From: Batkoa obscura
Taxonomy: Eukaryota
Assembly (NCBI GenBank): GCA_030770535.1
Contig: JASVEC010000001.1
Location: 806,001 to 870,000, forward strand
DNA: 64,000 nucleotides
Direction of reading: 5' to 3'
This document shows, one piece after another, positions 14,091 through 27,813 of the stretch. The translations under genes were made by a program, and so were the position numbers. The first letter of the stretch is position 1, and each line of letters starts with the position of its first letter. The notes beneath the pieces are model-generated. The model was not told the origin of the DNA, did no database searches, and saw nothing but the letters and a program-made list of their open reading frames with translations.

Positions 14091-16552
14091 ATGTCCAAGC
14101 TTGCAACGCTTCAAGTAAACGTAAAATATGATGAAGAATTAGGTATATTAAACTAAAGAATAGTCAATAAAGATACTCTCGTTTACTTTTAATTTTTAGA
14201 TTTAATTTCAAATTTTTTGGAAAAATGCCAAGTTAATGGTACTTCTAAATTTAAACCTTTGTTAGTAAGTCACTACTAGTAATCTCATTTGCGTTTATTA
14301 ATTGTTTTATAGCAAAAAGTAGCCGACCGCGAGTTGGACCAAATAATTGTAGAATTAGACGATATAGCTAAAGTAAATCACAAACCACTTTAATTAAACT
14401 TAAAACTCACCTTAACTTTTAGTTTGAAAACAGTGAATATGGGTTAGCCAAGAGGATAACCGACAATGCCAAGACTTATTTAGAACTTTTTTCCTACATC
14501 TTTGATTCTGTTTTACCTATACCATCTAGAGTACTGAATGTCAAAGATGATGTAGTTGATGTCATCATGGCTCAGCGTCAGCAAAGAGGTGCTGAATCTG
14601 ATGGGAATGGTGATACCGACGCTCAGGAAAATCCTGCATTTCCACCACTTTTAACTAGAAGATTGTAACTAAATTTAAAATTTATTAATCATTTCTAATA
14701 CTTCTTAGTACCGTAGCGTTTAAACCACTATCAAGTAAAAAAAGCTTAGCTGTTCGTGAGCTTAAAGCACCTCACGTTGGTAAGCTGCTAACCGTTCGTG
14801 GTATTGTTACTAGAGTTACGGATGTTAAGCCTTTGTTGGTCGTAAACGCTTACAGCTGTGAACAGTGTGGTTGCGAGATCTTCCAAGAAGTTAAAAGTAA
14901 GACGTTTAACCCATTGATTGAGTGCCCTTCAGAAGGATGTAAAAAAAACAATCGAAGGGGTAAGCTTCAAATGCAAACTAGATCCTCAAAGTTTTTGAAG
15001 TTCCAAGAAGCTAAGATACAAGAGATGGTAGATTTTAAAAACTTAATTTGAAAATCTAATATTAATAATCATTTAGGCTGATCAAGTTCCTGTTGGACAT
15101 ACTCCAAGATATACTACTATTCATCTTTATGAAGAACTCACTAGAAGTATGAATCCAGGTGATATTGTTGACGTATCTGGAATATTTCTTACAACCCCAT
15201 TTAGTGGATTTAAGGCTTTAAGAGCCGGTTTATTAACGGATACTTTCTTACAAGCTCAATTTGTATATCAACATAAGAATCGAGCAGAAAATAATATTGA
15301 TGAAGCAACGCTTGAAAAAGTGGAAGAGCTTAAACAAGAGCCATTAATCTATGACATGCTTGCTAGAAGTATAGCACCTGAAATTTATGGTCATGAGGAT
15401 GTTAAAAAAGCTCTCCTTTTACTTTTAGTAGGTGGAGGTACAAAAACAACTGATGATGGGATGAAGATTCGTGGTGATATCAATATTTGTCTTATGGGTG
15501 ATCCTGGTGTGGCTAAATCTCAGCTGTTGAAGTTTATTACAAAAATTTCACCAAGAGCTGTGTATACCACTGGTAGAGGGTCTTCTGGGGTTGGTTTAAC
15601 TGCAGCAGTAATGCGCGATCCAATTACTGAAGAACTTGTATTGGAAGGGGGAGCTTTAGTTTTAGCAGATAATGGTATCTGTTGTATTGATGAGTTTGAT
15701 AAAATGGATGAAAATGATCGTACAGCTATTCATGAAGTTATGGAACAACAAACAATCAGTATCTCTAAAGCAGGTATCAATACCACTTTGAATGCACGTA
15801 CCTCTATCCTTGCTGCTGCTAATCCAGCGTTTGGACGTTATAATATTCATCGTTCTATAACAGATAATATTAATTTACCAGCTGCTCTTTTGTCTCGTTT
15901 TGATATGATCTTTTTGTTACTTGATTTACCTTCGTTTGAATTAGATAGGAATTTGGCACAGCATGTAACCCAAGTACATATGAATAATGCCATCCCAAAT
16001 ACAGAAAACGAGTATCTTTCACCAGAGGTATTACGCAATTATATCACTCAAGCTAAGAATGTCAATTGTAGCATCCCAACAAATGTAGCTGATGAGATTG
16101 TTAGTAACTATGTATTAATGAGAGAGAAATCAGAAAATACTAATGATAAGAATAATAATATCATCACTGCACGTGGTTTATTAGCAATTATTCGTTTATC
16201 TTTAGCACTTGCAAGGCTTCACTTTAGAGAAAGTGTAGAAAAGGGAGATGTAATTGAAGCCATACGTCTGATCACAGTAACCAAAGCAGGCCTTGAAGAG
16301 TCACTCAATTCTCAACGTGGATCATACAACAAAAATAAGAATAAGGATAGCCAAATTTTTGGAATTATTCGTCGTATGTTTATGGATAACAATCAAGATG
16401 GTATCAACAAGTTGAGGATTAAAAATATCTCTGATAAGGTCACTACAAACGGATTTACAATCCAAGAGTTGAATCATTGCCTTATATTGTATAAGGAAAA
16501 GAATGTATGGACTATGACAGATAATGATACAAAGCTTGCTATGATTAATTAA
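14091..16552 (+). CDS. MCM7: DNA replication licensing factor Mcm7, multi-exon
   Basis: [38 protein letters not shown] zinc finger, [22 protein letters not shown]. Confidence 0.97.
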
Positions 16553-16974
16553 AAAATATTTTTATTGAAATTTATTCTTTAAACGAGTAGTAACTAGGTT
16601 TTGTAGTTTGATTAAGGTAGCAGTATTTCAATAAAGATTAAGTTATGTCTTTACTAAGTTGATTTAATTTCCTAAACCCGTTTTATTATCTTGAAATTTT
16701 TTTATTTGGTATTGACTAAATCCCTATTATTTGAATTATAAAATATTAAATAAAGTAGTTTTTGGATGAAATGTTCTTCAATAATACAGCTTATGAAATA
16801 ATATACACTTTGAAAGTAAATTATGGTTAAAAATCGAGAATAATAATAATATAATTTAATAATTAAAAAAGGTGGACAAATTTATCAACCTGATCGAATA
16901 AAAGTCAAAGAATCCCAACAAAAAAACTATATGATACATATTTAACTCTAAAGCCAAAGGAGAAAAGAGGCTCT

Positions 16975-17695
16975 TTATGTCTTTGTTTTAGGCTTCGTTG
17001 TCGAACTAACACCCGCCTTCTTTTGATAAGCGGTTCGAAATTTATCTAAACCAAGTTGAAACCGATTTCTAAACGTAATTTGCTCCTTCGATAATTTCGA
17101 ATCATGATTTGTATTTAATACCTTTAGTTCCTTTTCTTTTTTATGAAATTGAATTTTATAGTTTGCTAACACTCGATTAATCCGTGAAACGAATCTGAAT
17201 CATAAATAAAGTGGAATGCTTTTAAAAATAATTAAGGTTACCTTTTAGACTGCCAAATATTTTCACTACTAAGCAACAATAAAAACACGGATAATAAAAT
17301 AAACAACATAAACTTATTTGTTGAGATCCAAAAGGGATCCTATAAGACAATTTTTAAATACTAATTTAAATCAATCATCCAAAAACCTTTACCTTCAAGT
17401 TACTAAAATTGATCAACCATAAAAAATAGCCAATAAGGAAAGAAAGGGCGAATAACATAGCTAAAAATTATTTTGTAAATAAATTTAGCTCAATATGTCA
17501 TTAATAGTCCCTACCATAATACTGCCTCTGTCGAAACTTAAATAATTTTAAACTATATTTAAGCCTTTCTTCAAAAATAATAAAATCTCTATAAGCTACA
17601 ATGTTATCTTTTAAATTTATTTTTGCTTGCCCAGTATCTTCTTTCCCTCCTCCTTTGGACTCCTTTTTAACTTGGCTCCCTTTTTCTGGTTCCAT
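16975..17695 (-). CDS. SPO7: Spo7-family regulatory subunit of the Nem1-Spo7 phosphatase, multi-exon
   Basis: AYRDFIIFEERLK motif followed by hydrophobic exons; spliced structure. Confidence 0.7.
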
Positions 17696-18574
17696 TATTT
17701 CTCCTTTATTGTTAATTTTTTATAAATCTAACTTTTAAATTAAAAACAAACTTGCTGGTTTAAGAATTAAAAAATTTGAATTTCAAAATTCAATTTTACC
17801 TGCTTATTTGACTCAATTTTTTTTGGAAACACGTGCTTGAAACTTAAGTTGAGATAGGACTTTAAAGATATTATGAGGCTAAAAGCGATATTAAGAAATA
17901 AAAACATTCGAAAGAACAGTAAAGGTTGAATTATTTGGGCGCTGTCTGTTCCTTATTGTATCAGTATTAATGCATAGCTGGATCGATTTAAATCCAAAAT
18001 TTAATATTTTGCGATTTTATTATATCGAAAAGGCAGTAAAATAATATTAAACATGAAATAATAATAATATTTGTAAATAATTTTGGAACCACACAGAAAT
18101 GTTTTTTGTATGTATCTAATAAATAGTCTTTTGCAGCTTTATGTTGCATAGGAAATAAACAAAATAATGTAATCAAAAGGTATTTCGGTACAGATATTAT
18201 AAAATTTGGGCTTAAAGTAAACTATAAATTTTTATCTATTCAATAAAGCTCTTTAATCTAGGATGTACAAAAGTTTAATGAAATAGTCTTACCTCATATT
18301 CGTTGTATTACGCTTTTATTAAATTAATTTTATTTTGGCTGAATTTTGCAGTATTATTGCTATATCATCAACTCTTTTATAACCAAATTCTTTAATTTAT
18401 AAATTTTATATAGCTATTAAATCAACTGTTAATACAGTTTCACATTATATAGTAATAACAGAGTAAAGGATTTTTTTAAATAATTTTTATTTATTCAATT
18501 TTAAAAATATAAATATTGATTGGTTTCTCCAGTGTATTAATAAAATACAATTTTATTTTATTTGTCTTTTAGCT

Positions 18575-18845
18575 TAAAATTAAAGTTATAAACCAATAAT
18601 TCCATAGCTAAGTAAAGTTCCACCTAACCCAAGCTATATCAATACTATTTAACAATTGTAAGATAAGTGGTATTACTTCCCACTTATACATACCTTTGGA
18701 GCTATTAAAAAGAGTATAAGTTCTTTATGAAGTTGTAACTTGCTATTTTTAGCAATCCATTGTTCTTGTTTAAATTCATTAAGCTCTTTCCAATAATTGA
18801 GATTATTTTAAAGACAACTTTGTACTAATGTTAACAACCGTCTAC
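18575..18845 (-). pseudogene. Degraded cytochrome P450 3' fragment, homologous to 7150-7330
   Basis: YWKELNEFKQEQW (PERW-like), LFLIAPKVCISG (heme-loop-like), ELYLAMELLVYNFNF; nucleotide similarity to the first relic (CAACTTCATA..GAACTT). Confidence 0.65.
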
Positions 18846-18858
18846 ATAAAAATGATAT

Positions 18859-18958
18859 GTGAGTGTATTTTTTTGGTTAAGAATTTTACTAACAATTTTT
18901 CCACTCAAATAGCGCTTAAAAGATGGAAAAAGTGATGAAGTTAAAAAAAAACACCCCC
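18859..18958 (-). mobile_element. MITE family A, copy 3
   Basis: Same core and termini, ATAT flanks. Confidence 0.9.
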
Positions 18959-18998
18959 ATATCTTATCAACTCATCATTTTTTTAATGAGCTTATTTT

Positions 18999-19160
18999 TT
19001 AAATCCGTATACTTACTAATAGCACTTTTATAATAGTATTTTTAGCATGTGGGAATAATCTTTTACTTAAAAAGCATAATTTAAACAGCTTTTTTTCATT
19101 CAAATACCTGAAAACCTGGTCTAGCACTATAGTTGGTAAATCTGTGAGTTTTTCCACCAT
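18999..19160 (-). pseudogene. F-box domain fragment (53 codons), probably a truncated F-box gene
   Basis: MVEKLTDLPTIVLDQVFRYLNEKKLFKLCFLSKRLFPHA fits the F-box consensus; shorter than any ORF listed in the track. Confidence 0.65.
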
Positions 19161-19340
19161 CTTAAAAAATAAAAATAAAAGATTTTTCTACTGCAATTTG
19201 TTTTTTTATTACTTTTGAAAATGCTAACCTTGAATTTTTTAGCCAATTAAATGCTAACTTTTTAAAGTTGATTTTTAGTGGCTAAGCATTTTTTAATCAA
19301 ACTTTTCTATCAAGAGAATTCCAATATCAAACTCAAATTA

Positions 19341-22300
19341 ATGGAAAGCATATTAAATGAATGTGGAATAAAAATAGATAAGGAGGGTATATCGATAGGC
19401 AAGATTCTATGAATTTTTGTAATTATAAACTAAAGGTTCTGTAGGTCTGGATTTCGTGTTTGTTAAACAAAAGTTAAAGAACTACTTCGAAAATAATGAA
19501 GATAAAGTCTCTGAGTTTATTTCCGATTTATCAACTTATATCGATGAGGATTTAAGATTATTAAAATGTATGTATCCAATTGTAGGTTATAAAGAGGAAG
19601 TCAGTTTAAAGTAATTGGAAATCCCATATTTGAAAGATAGTGTCTAATCTTTATTAGTGTATTTACCAAGAACGATTCATTGATCCAATTATTGTTGTCA
19701 ACATCCATCTTACAAGGTGAATTGCTTCCCTTGTTATTAGGAAAATTAGCTGAGATGTGTAACGTTGAGGGAAAGTAATAATTATTTTATTTGTTCAATA
19801 GTTAATATAATTGTAGTATTAATATAGATTTAGTAAAAAGTATTATAAATCAATTTCGTTGGTTAGATCAATTAAATGAGCCTCGAGATTTATTAGAACA
19901 ATTAGTATCTGTAAGTATAACATTTTTATGATTTACCAGTTTGTTAATGTAATTTAGTTAGTTGAAATATGTCCACTTAAAATTCAATATGAAATTATTC
20001 AAATATTACCAGAAATTTTTATTGATATAGATCAAACAGTAAGGATTTAGCTTATAAATAAAATAACATATTAATTTTCATAGGATTTATTAGAAAGATT
20101 AACATCACTCGCTTCAAAAAATAGCGATCTATTTGTCCCAGTAATTGAATGTTTGGGAGCATTAAATATACCAACTGATGATTTGGTAATTCAATTCAAT
20201 ACAAATTAGTTTAGCGCTAATCATTACTAGGATTATACAGTTGAACTTGTAATTGGTAGATTAAATTCAATTGATATAGAAAATTTAGCAACAGCCGTTC
20301 AATTTTTATTAACGAGTTCAAATGAGGAAAATCTATTAAAGATGTTACAAAGCATCAGAGAAAAAATTAAGATCGATCAAATATTAAAGTTTCAAATCAA
20401 TAAAAGCAATATGGAAACAAGTAATCTTAATAGAGTTGATAATAAAGCAAATAAATCACAATCCTGTTCAATGATTTTAGATACAATTAATTCTTCCCTA
20501 CTAATTAACAACCAATTAAAGAATTCTTGGATAAAAACAATTGAATCTATTCATAAACAACATTCAATTTATATATTAGATATATTGGCCTTAGGAATGA
20601 TGCATTCGATTCCAGCAATGAAAAAAAAAGTAAAAGAAGTTATTAAATCAAAAGTATCAACTGGAGTAATAACATCTACTTTAATTCAAGAAACAATAGA
20701 AAATTACCTTCAATTAACACAAAAAAGCACGATCGATTTTCTTTCAATAGCCGAATATTTAAATAGAGAAGCAAAAATAGATCACCACCTTGGGGATATG
20801 TCCGTCAAATTATATACATTGATATTTTTACATTCAGATGTATTTTTTCGACAAGAAACAGTTGGCTCAATAATTACACATATAGGCTCTGGTAACAAAT
20901 GGGAAATTGATTATGCCTTAGAAGCTTTAGATAAAATAACAAAGGAAGATAGTATTGGGTTAAGTCAATTTTTGATATTTGTTCAAGGTATATTAGATTA
21001 TTTAGATAAATTATCTTTATCTCAAATAGCCAAATTATTTGAAATTTACGCTTCATTATCCATGGTTGAAAAAGCAGATATGAGTGAAGGTGTTTTTTAT
21101 AATGAACTAAATATAGTTATACGTAAACAATTAACTCATCCATCCGAAAAATATAAAGTTATTGGTATAACAGCCTGTATTTCAATGATTAAACAAATGA
21201 ATAAATTATATAAAAATGAATTAGAAAATTCAACATTACCAGGGTCTAGTAAAAATACAATGGATTCAAAAAACTATCCAATTTACTTAAGAGTTATTTC
21301 CATACTACAATTAATACAAACTGTATGTCCAAAATATCACTCTTCTCTATCTTTGACTTGTAATCAATTAGCAGAAATTATAATATCACAAGAATTACAT
21401 ATTAATATAGTAGAATGGTTATTTGATAATTTTGCTATTACATTTTGTGATTTATTTTTATTTGTTAAAAGTGATGATACTAATAAATTTACCTTAATGC
21501 CAACATGGCCCAAATCATTTAATATAGTGGTATGGGATGATTTAAATGAAACAGAAGGGGATTTAGCTATTAATATCTTACCAACAGTAATAAGTTACTA
21601 TTATAATTCCCGTGAAAGTATTCATCCAGATTTAGTATGTTCTTTGTTTAAATTGTATCAGGCATGTGAATATTATTTAAAAAAAAAATTAGATGAAATT
21701 GGTAGCTTATTACTATGTGGTATATTAATGTTTAATAAAGAGAATTTGGATGATATTATGTATACGGGCGAAACTGGGTTAGTCGATTGCCTTACTATTA
21801 GTTTGATTATTGCTTCGAATTGGTATAGGGAACTTATCAATGCTTTTTGCCAATTTTCAGATTCTTTTATTCAATCCAAAATCAAAGAAAGGTTATCGGG
21901 TTTAGTTGCATTGGAAGATACATTAAGTAAATTTATGTTAAATAAGCAACATTTAACGTATACGGGATCTTTTTTAGAGTATAATAATTCAAAACAAAAT
22001 TTACATAATATATCCCCAATTGAAGCTAGAAAGTTTTTACATCCCTTGGATTTTCAAATTACAAAGTTTATATTTCCAAAAGAACTACCAAAAAATCTAG
22101 AAGAATATCCACAATTACAATTAGGAAAAGAAGAGTGTAATTGTATTTTAGACAACTTTAAAATTAAATTACAACAAAGTTTTTCTGAATCAGAATTAAA
22201 CTTTAATACAAATTTTAAAATAAATTATGAAGAGATGTTATCAATCATAAATGGATTATGTAATTATCTTAAATTAATTGTATACACTTTAAGTATTGAA

Positions 22301-23685
22301 GGTGAAATTGAAGACAATGAAGAAATATCATTAAGTTTAGATTGTTTACAAATATTAAAAGAACAAAGTCATTTATTTAAAAAAGAAAGCAAAACAATTA
22401 ACTTAAAAATATATCAAGAATTATCAAGTTTAACAAAATATACAATGAATTTCAATCTATCATTAAAAATACAAAAGTTATTATCTATTATATATAAAGA
22501 AAACCCAAATCAATTTAAAAAGAATAATCAAATATTTGATTACATTAAACAAATAAATTCAAAGAAATTGGGTACTAGATATTCTGTTAAAAATAAGGAA
22601 GCTTTAATTTATTTATTAAAAGAAGAATTTTATTATTCAGAGAATCGATTAGAAATACTAAAACATTATTTGAATAATTTGTTAGAACCCGTAACACAAG
22701 ACAATACCGAATTAATAGAAGCCAATTTCCCTAATTTTAATATTGCTATGCTGCCAATCTATTATAAAATCATTTCCTCACAATTAGTAGAATTGACTAA
22801 CAGTATTCAAATTGAAGAAAATATTGAAGATCAAGGAATTATTAAATTTATAACAATCTTATTAGATTTATGGCATAAGTTAATTAACATAGCAACAAAA
22901 TATTCAGATCATACTCTTTTATTAACTACAATTCAATATGGACGACAATTTGTGGATAATTTTATTAAAACCATACTTCCGTTTTTGGATTATTATTTAC
23001 CCCATCATCGACAAAAGGTGTTATTTATACTAAAAAATACGCAATTGAGTACAAGGAAATTACAAGTAATTTTATTATTATTTAGATAGAAGATAAAGGT
23101 AGAAATTGATATGTTTTTTATTTATTTAGAATATATGTAATGAAATTAAAACCAAAGGAAAAGCCTTAGCATCAGCGGTCCCTTCGTGTAGAGCTAGTTT
23201 AGAAAAGCTAATACTACAAGTAAGAAAACTATTTAAAGAGCATAATGTATTAGATGCTTACGATATTGGTAAGTTTATAATATGTTTATACGTTTTAAAA
23301 GAATGTATAGTGATTGAATTGATATTTAGGTAATTTAAAACATCGTGCAATAGATGGAAATTTAATATCTTCTCAATATCAAAATGAAGATATTTTAAGT
23401 CAAAATGAAAGTTCAGTAGATGAAGAAGCGAGAATTAATGTATTGGTAAGTGAGATCTAAAATATTCTTTCAGCGATTATTAATTGTTTATATTTTTCAT
23501 ATTTTTATTTTTAGTCAAGTAAAAAGAAAAGAACTAGAGTACCGTTTGGTGATAAAAAAAGTAAGAAGAATAAAGAAGTTGAAGTGGAAAATGGAGTAAA
23601 CGAAGAGAGCGGAGAGAATGAAGAAAATGGTGATCAAAGTGGAGATAGCAGTAATATTGTTGGATTTTACGATGACGATGAATAG
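19341..23685 (+). CDS. FANCD2: Fanconi anemia complementation group D2 homolog, multi-exon
   Basis: DSLIQLLL, IINQFRWLD, RQETVGSIITHIGSG, ELNIVIRKQL (ubiquitination-site context), YKVIGI, NWYRELINAF, QLSTRKLQ, IGNLKHR. Confidence 0.9.
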
Positions 23686-23940
23686 ATTAGTAAATTAATC
23701 GTATTTGAATGCTTAATAAAATTTGGAATGCCTAGTAAATTTTATTGCTTAATTTATATTATTTTCATGTTTGATTTCAATTTTACTTTAATATAAATAG
23801 TAGTATAGAAAAAATAAAAAATAAACATAAATATAAAAGAATATAAAATGAATACCAAAATAAAATCAAAAAACGATTTAATAAAAAAAGAAAGAGAAGG
23901 TGCTTAATTTTAGCTAAGAAAAATAGTTTTGGGTTTGAGT

Positions 23941-25227
23941 TTACAATTGAGCCAATTTTGATTTTTTAGTAACTAAAGCCACTACTACAGTAATATCATC
24001 CATTTTACCTCCTTTAAATCTATAGCCATGTTTTTCAGCTTCTTTACTAAATGGACTATCTTTATTTTTATCTTTAGCTCTAAGTCTAGCCTTTTTAACC
24101 AAAGAACCCGCAACTTTATTAGTATAACCTTTTAATAAGTCTTGATTTTTTTTACTAGCTAATAACAATTGATTTAAATTATCAGGTTCATTTGCTTTAA
24201 TCTCCATCTCGATATCATTTAAGAATAAATTATCAAATAAACCATCTGTACCAAATACAATCAAATCCCCATGTTCCAATTGAATTTTAGCTAATAAACC
24301 ATCTTTAGGTTGATTCAATATATGATTACCTTTATTTAATTCGGGTGGGATAATTGATAATTGATAAGGTGCATTAAAGTAATGAGTTGTTTCTTTAGCT
24401 TGGTATACTGATTTTCCATTTCTAATTACAATATAGCCAGAATCTCCTAAATTAATTGAACTTAAAATGGAAGTTTCGCTATCAATAACAGCCAGACAAG
24501 CGGTGCTACTACCTGCTTTCACTTTTCTTTCATTTTTTAGTTGTTTATAAGAATTATCCAAGATACTTAAGGGTTCCAGTTCGTTGATAATACCCATGTT
24601 TTGGCAATTAATTTGACATTTATTCATTAATTCCCACGCAAATTGAGAAGGGTCAACACCAACTTCAGACCAACCGCCAACACCATCAGCAATACCTAAA
24701 ACAATGATTAGTAACTAATATTAGAATAGCAGTTTCAATCATCTCCACTTACCTATGCAATACTTCTCGTGTACAATGCTAGTAAAGAATGCATCCTCCC
24801 CACAATCTGCTAAGCACCAAACAGGTAAATTGGCTCTGGGCCTTTTAGGTGCCCAAGCAGCCCCAATGGTAATATCACAAGGAGAGCTATTCTTTAAATC
24901 AGGTTTAATAGGATCTAATTCCTTCAATGTGACGATTGATAAAGTGGAATAACCAGCATATAAAGGTGGTGAAAACATGATAGCATTTTGATAAAACTTA
25001 GTACCAGTAGAAGAGGAAGAGGATTGGGACCATGGACCAGAAGAAGAGGAGGTGGAAAAGGACATGGATTGTCTTTTTATTGGAACACTTCGAGAGAGTG
25101 AGGTATAAGTGTTGGCCATTTTAATATTTTTTAAGATCAAGTTACTACTTTTGTAAGTAGGTGAAGCAAGTAAAGAAGATTGAGAAATACCATTTAATTT
25201 TAAACCATGTAAAGCCCAAGCTATCAT
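23941..25227 (-). CDS. PTC7: Ptc7-type PP2C phosphatase, one intron
   Basis: GEDAFF, IADGVGGW, GSSTAC, NLGDSG, HYFNAPYQL, TDGLFDN, GGKMDDITVV. Confidence 0.93.
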
Positions 25228-25666
25228 GGTACTTAATAATTGTAATAATAAATCGAATTCCAGTTTGTAAAATAAAATCAGATGTTAACTTAGTTTTATT
25301 ATGGTTTGTTTATTTTTGATCAGGGATAGAATCTTCTTGAAAAAAGTGCAAAAATATTTCTTTGAAAATTACGATCCTGACTTTTTATCAGCTTTAATAG
25401 GGGTGAGTTTGCTATAAATTATGAGCTCACTCTACTTATTAATTGTATCAATTTAATTATCAACCAATGATAATTCATCCCTTATCCTTAGCTTATTTGT
25501 TCTTTTAAATAAATTTTAGTTTTCGTTAATAACTGGTAAAACTTAGGCTTATCTAATAACTGGCAAATTTAAAGCTTATATAATATGACAGAAATTTTAA
25601 AAGTTTAAATAATAAAACATAATTAAATAATAATAACAATCAAAAAATTAATAAATAAACATTGAT

Positions 25667-26401
25667 TTATTCTCCATGTTTCAATACTCTAACAAACTCA
25701 TTATAGTTAAAATTATTTTTTCTATCTAATGGAGCTCCTTTAAACATGATATCCATCTAAAAACAGAAATTAATACCACATCCCCCTAGACAATTTCAAA
25801 TTTATTTTTACCTCTTCATCAGTAAACCTATCTCCCATCGTTGTCATATATTCTCTTAAATCATCAGCATTAATAAATCCTTTACCTTCATCATCAAAAC
25901 ATTCAAAAGCTGCTAAAATATCTGCTTCGGGATCTGTGCCGGATAATTTTTCTCCCATTAAAGTTAAAAACATAGTAAAATTAATACTACCAGGCGCTTG
26001 TTTAATCATATCATCAATATATTCATCCGTTGGATTTTGACCTAGGGGAGGGGTTAATTTGATGTTATTGTGGATGATAAAAACGGAATAACTGTAATGG
26101 ATGAATAGAAATAAAAAATAAACATCAATAGAATCCTTATTTTACCAAAATTAAAATTTTACTTACCTAAAGAAGCCAACATATCCTTTAAATCTTCCTT
26201 ATCTACAAAACCATCCGAATCATGATCAAACATGGAAAAGGCTTCTTTAAATTCAGCTATTTGTTTTTGATCAAAGATTGCAAATACATTGCTATTTTGA
26301 CGTACAGCACGTTTCTTTTTTTGTTTTCTCATAGACTACAGGAAAAGGATGGTTAATTATATTTAATGATTTTGGGTTGGTGATTGTGATAAAGTTACCA
26401 T
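25667..26401 (-). CDS. Myosin II regulatory light chain (EF-hand), 4 coding exons
   Basis: [51 protein letters not shown]-like [17 protein letters not shown]. Confidence 0.93.
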
Positions 26402-26702
26402 TTGTGCTGGATTAGGGTTTTTAATGAAATTGAAATTAACGTGTTTGTGAAATTGAACTATTAAAAAAGTGGCTAACTAAACCTTAGATTTTGGAAAACG
26501 TCAATTCTTGAGCTAGCTTAGGTCTACTATTTTCATTGGTTCACTTTGTTTTTTTAGTAATGAGAAAATATTCGTCTAGATACAAATTATTTATTAAATT
26601 CAATGATTCTTTCTTTAAAATTGAAACTATTTTGTGTGTATTTACATGCTTATTAAAAGCAAAAGCTGCCAAATTTGCAAAAGAAATCCATTGAGACGAT
26701 AT

Positions 26703-26802
26703 GGGGGGTGTTTTTTTTGGGTTCATTATTTTTTCCATCTTTTAAGCGCTATTTGAGTGGAAAGATTGTTAGTAAAATTCTTGAACACAAAAATACATCC
26801 CC
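26703..26802 (+). mobile_element. MITE family A, copy 4
   Basis: GGGGGGTGT...ATACATCCCC, ATAT flanks. Confidence 0.9.
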
Positions 26803-27671
26803 ATATTATGTTTGCTATTTTCACTTATTATTTGCGCATACCGTTAAAAAACAATTACGCATTTTAAAAAAAATTACTATTTTACTAAAAGTAATTGAAC
26901 ATAAAAAAATAGATGACCAAATAAGGTATATATATGAAAATTTTATTTTAATAAATTGATATTAAATTCAGTAAAATAATAGCTAATCCCTTGATGAGGA
27001 TGACAATATTTTTTTATTAATAAAAAAGGCGTAAAAAATAAAAAAGATGTTAAAATTTTTAACTGTCTATGGTTGATAAAATATAGCTATTAAGCTAACT
27101 AATGAAACCTCAACCTTATTAAGATTATGATAGCCATATAAGCTTTCAGTTAATACTGTTTTATTATTATCGATAATTGACTATATAATTGAAATTGTAT
27201 TTCGTTTATTGTTTTTGTGCGCAAGCTTGATAAGAACGACATCGATATTATTTTATGTCAATTTATTTAATAAGCCATTTCAGTTCTTTGCTTTGGAGTG
27301 TCTGGATCTCTGGATTCCGAAGAGATCAATCAATAATAATAAGTGCTAATTAGGGCGGTTAAAGAATGATCGTAATGAAAGCGGCGAACCTATAGCTTGT
27401 GTTATTGTTTTTATTGTTGATCAAGCGCTTTTTTTAGGATGGTAATTGCTAGCTGTTTAATTCAATCCGTGTAATCTTCTGATAAATATAACCATTTAAT
27501 TGTATTATTAGACTAATCAAATATTTTATTATGTTAATGGACGATTTACATTAACAAATAACTGTTTTATTTAGTTATTTAAAACTGCATTTCAGTTTCT
27601 TTAATAACTTTTACTACTTTTTATTTATTTTATTATTTAAAATAAACTAGCATTTATGAAAAAACAAAATT

Positions 27672-27766
27672 GGGGGCGTTTTTTTATTTCATCGCTTTTT
27701 CCACTTTTAAGCGTTATTTGATTGGAAATATTGTTATTAAAATTTTTAAACAAAAAATACATCCCC
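27672..27766 (+). mobile_element. MITE family A, copy 5 (diverged)
   Basis: GGGGGCGTT...ATACATCCCC. Confidence 0.85.
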
Positions 27767-27813
27767 AAATATTTTCATTTAAACACAGTTCTAAACTTTC
27801 CTCCAAAAAAAAA

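Noticed and set aside
14373..14422. CCTTAAC U12-like branch point in an MCM7 intron
   Set aside because: The donor is GTAAAT, not RTATCCTT; I found no convincing minor-spliceosome intron
17880..18330. Possible IS630/Tc1 transposase relic
   Set aside because: Only faint motif-like fragments; not supportable by eye
19386..19444. Possible GC-AG first intron in FANCD2
   Set aside because: An in-phase GT donor (GTATAT) 12 nt upstream explains it equally well
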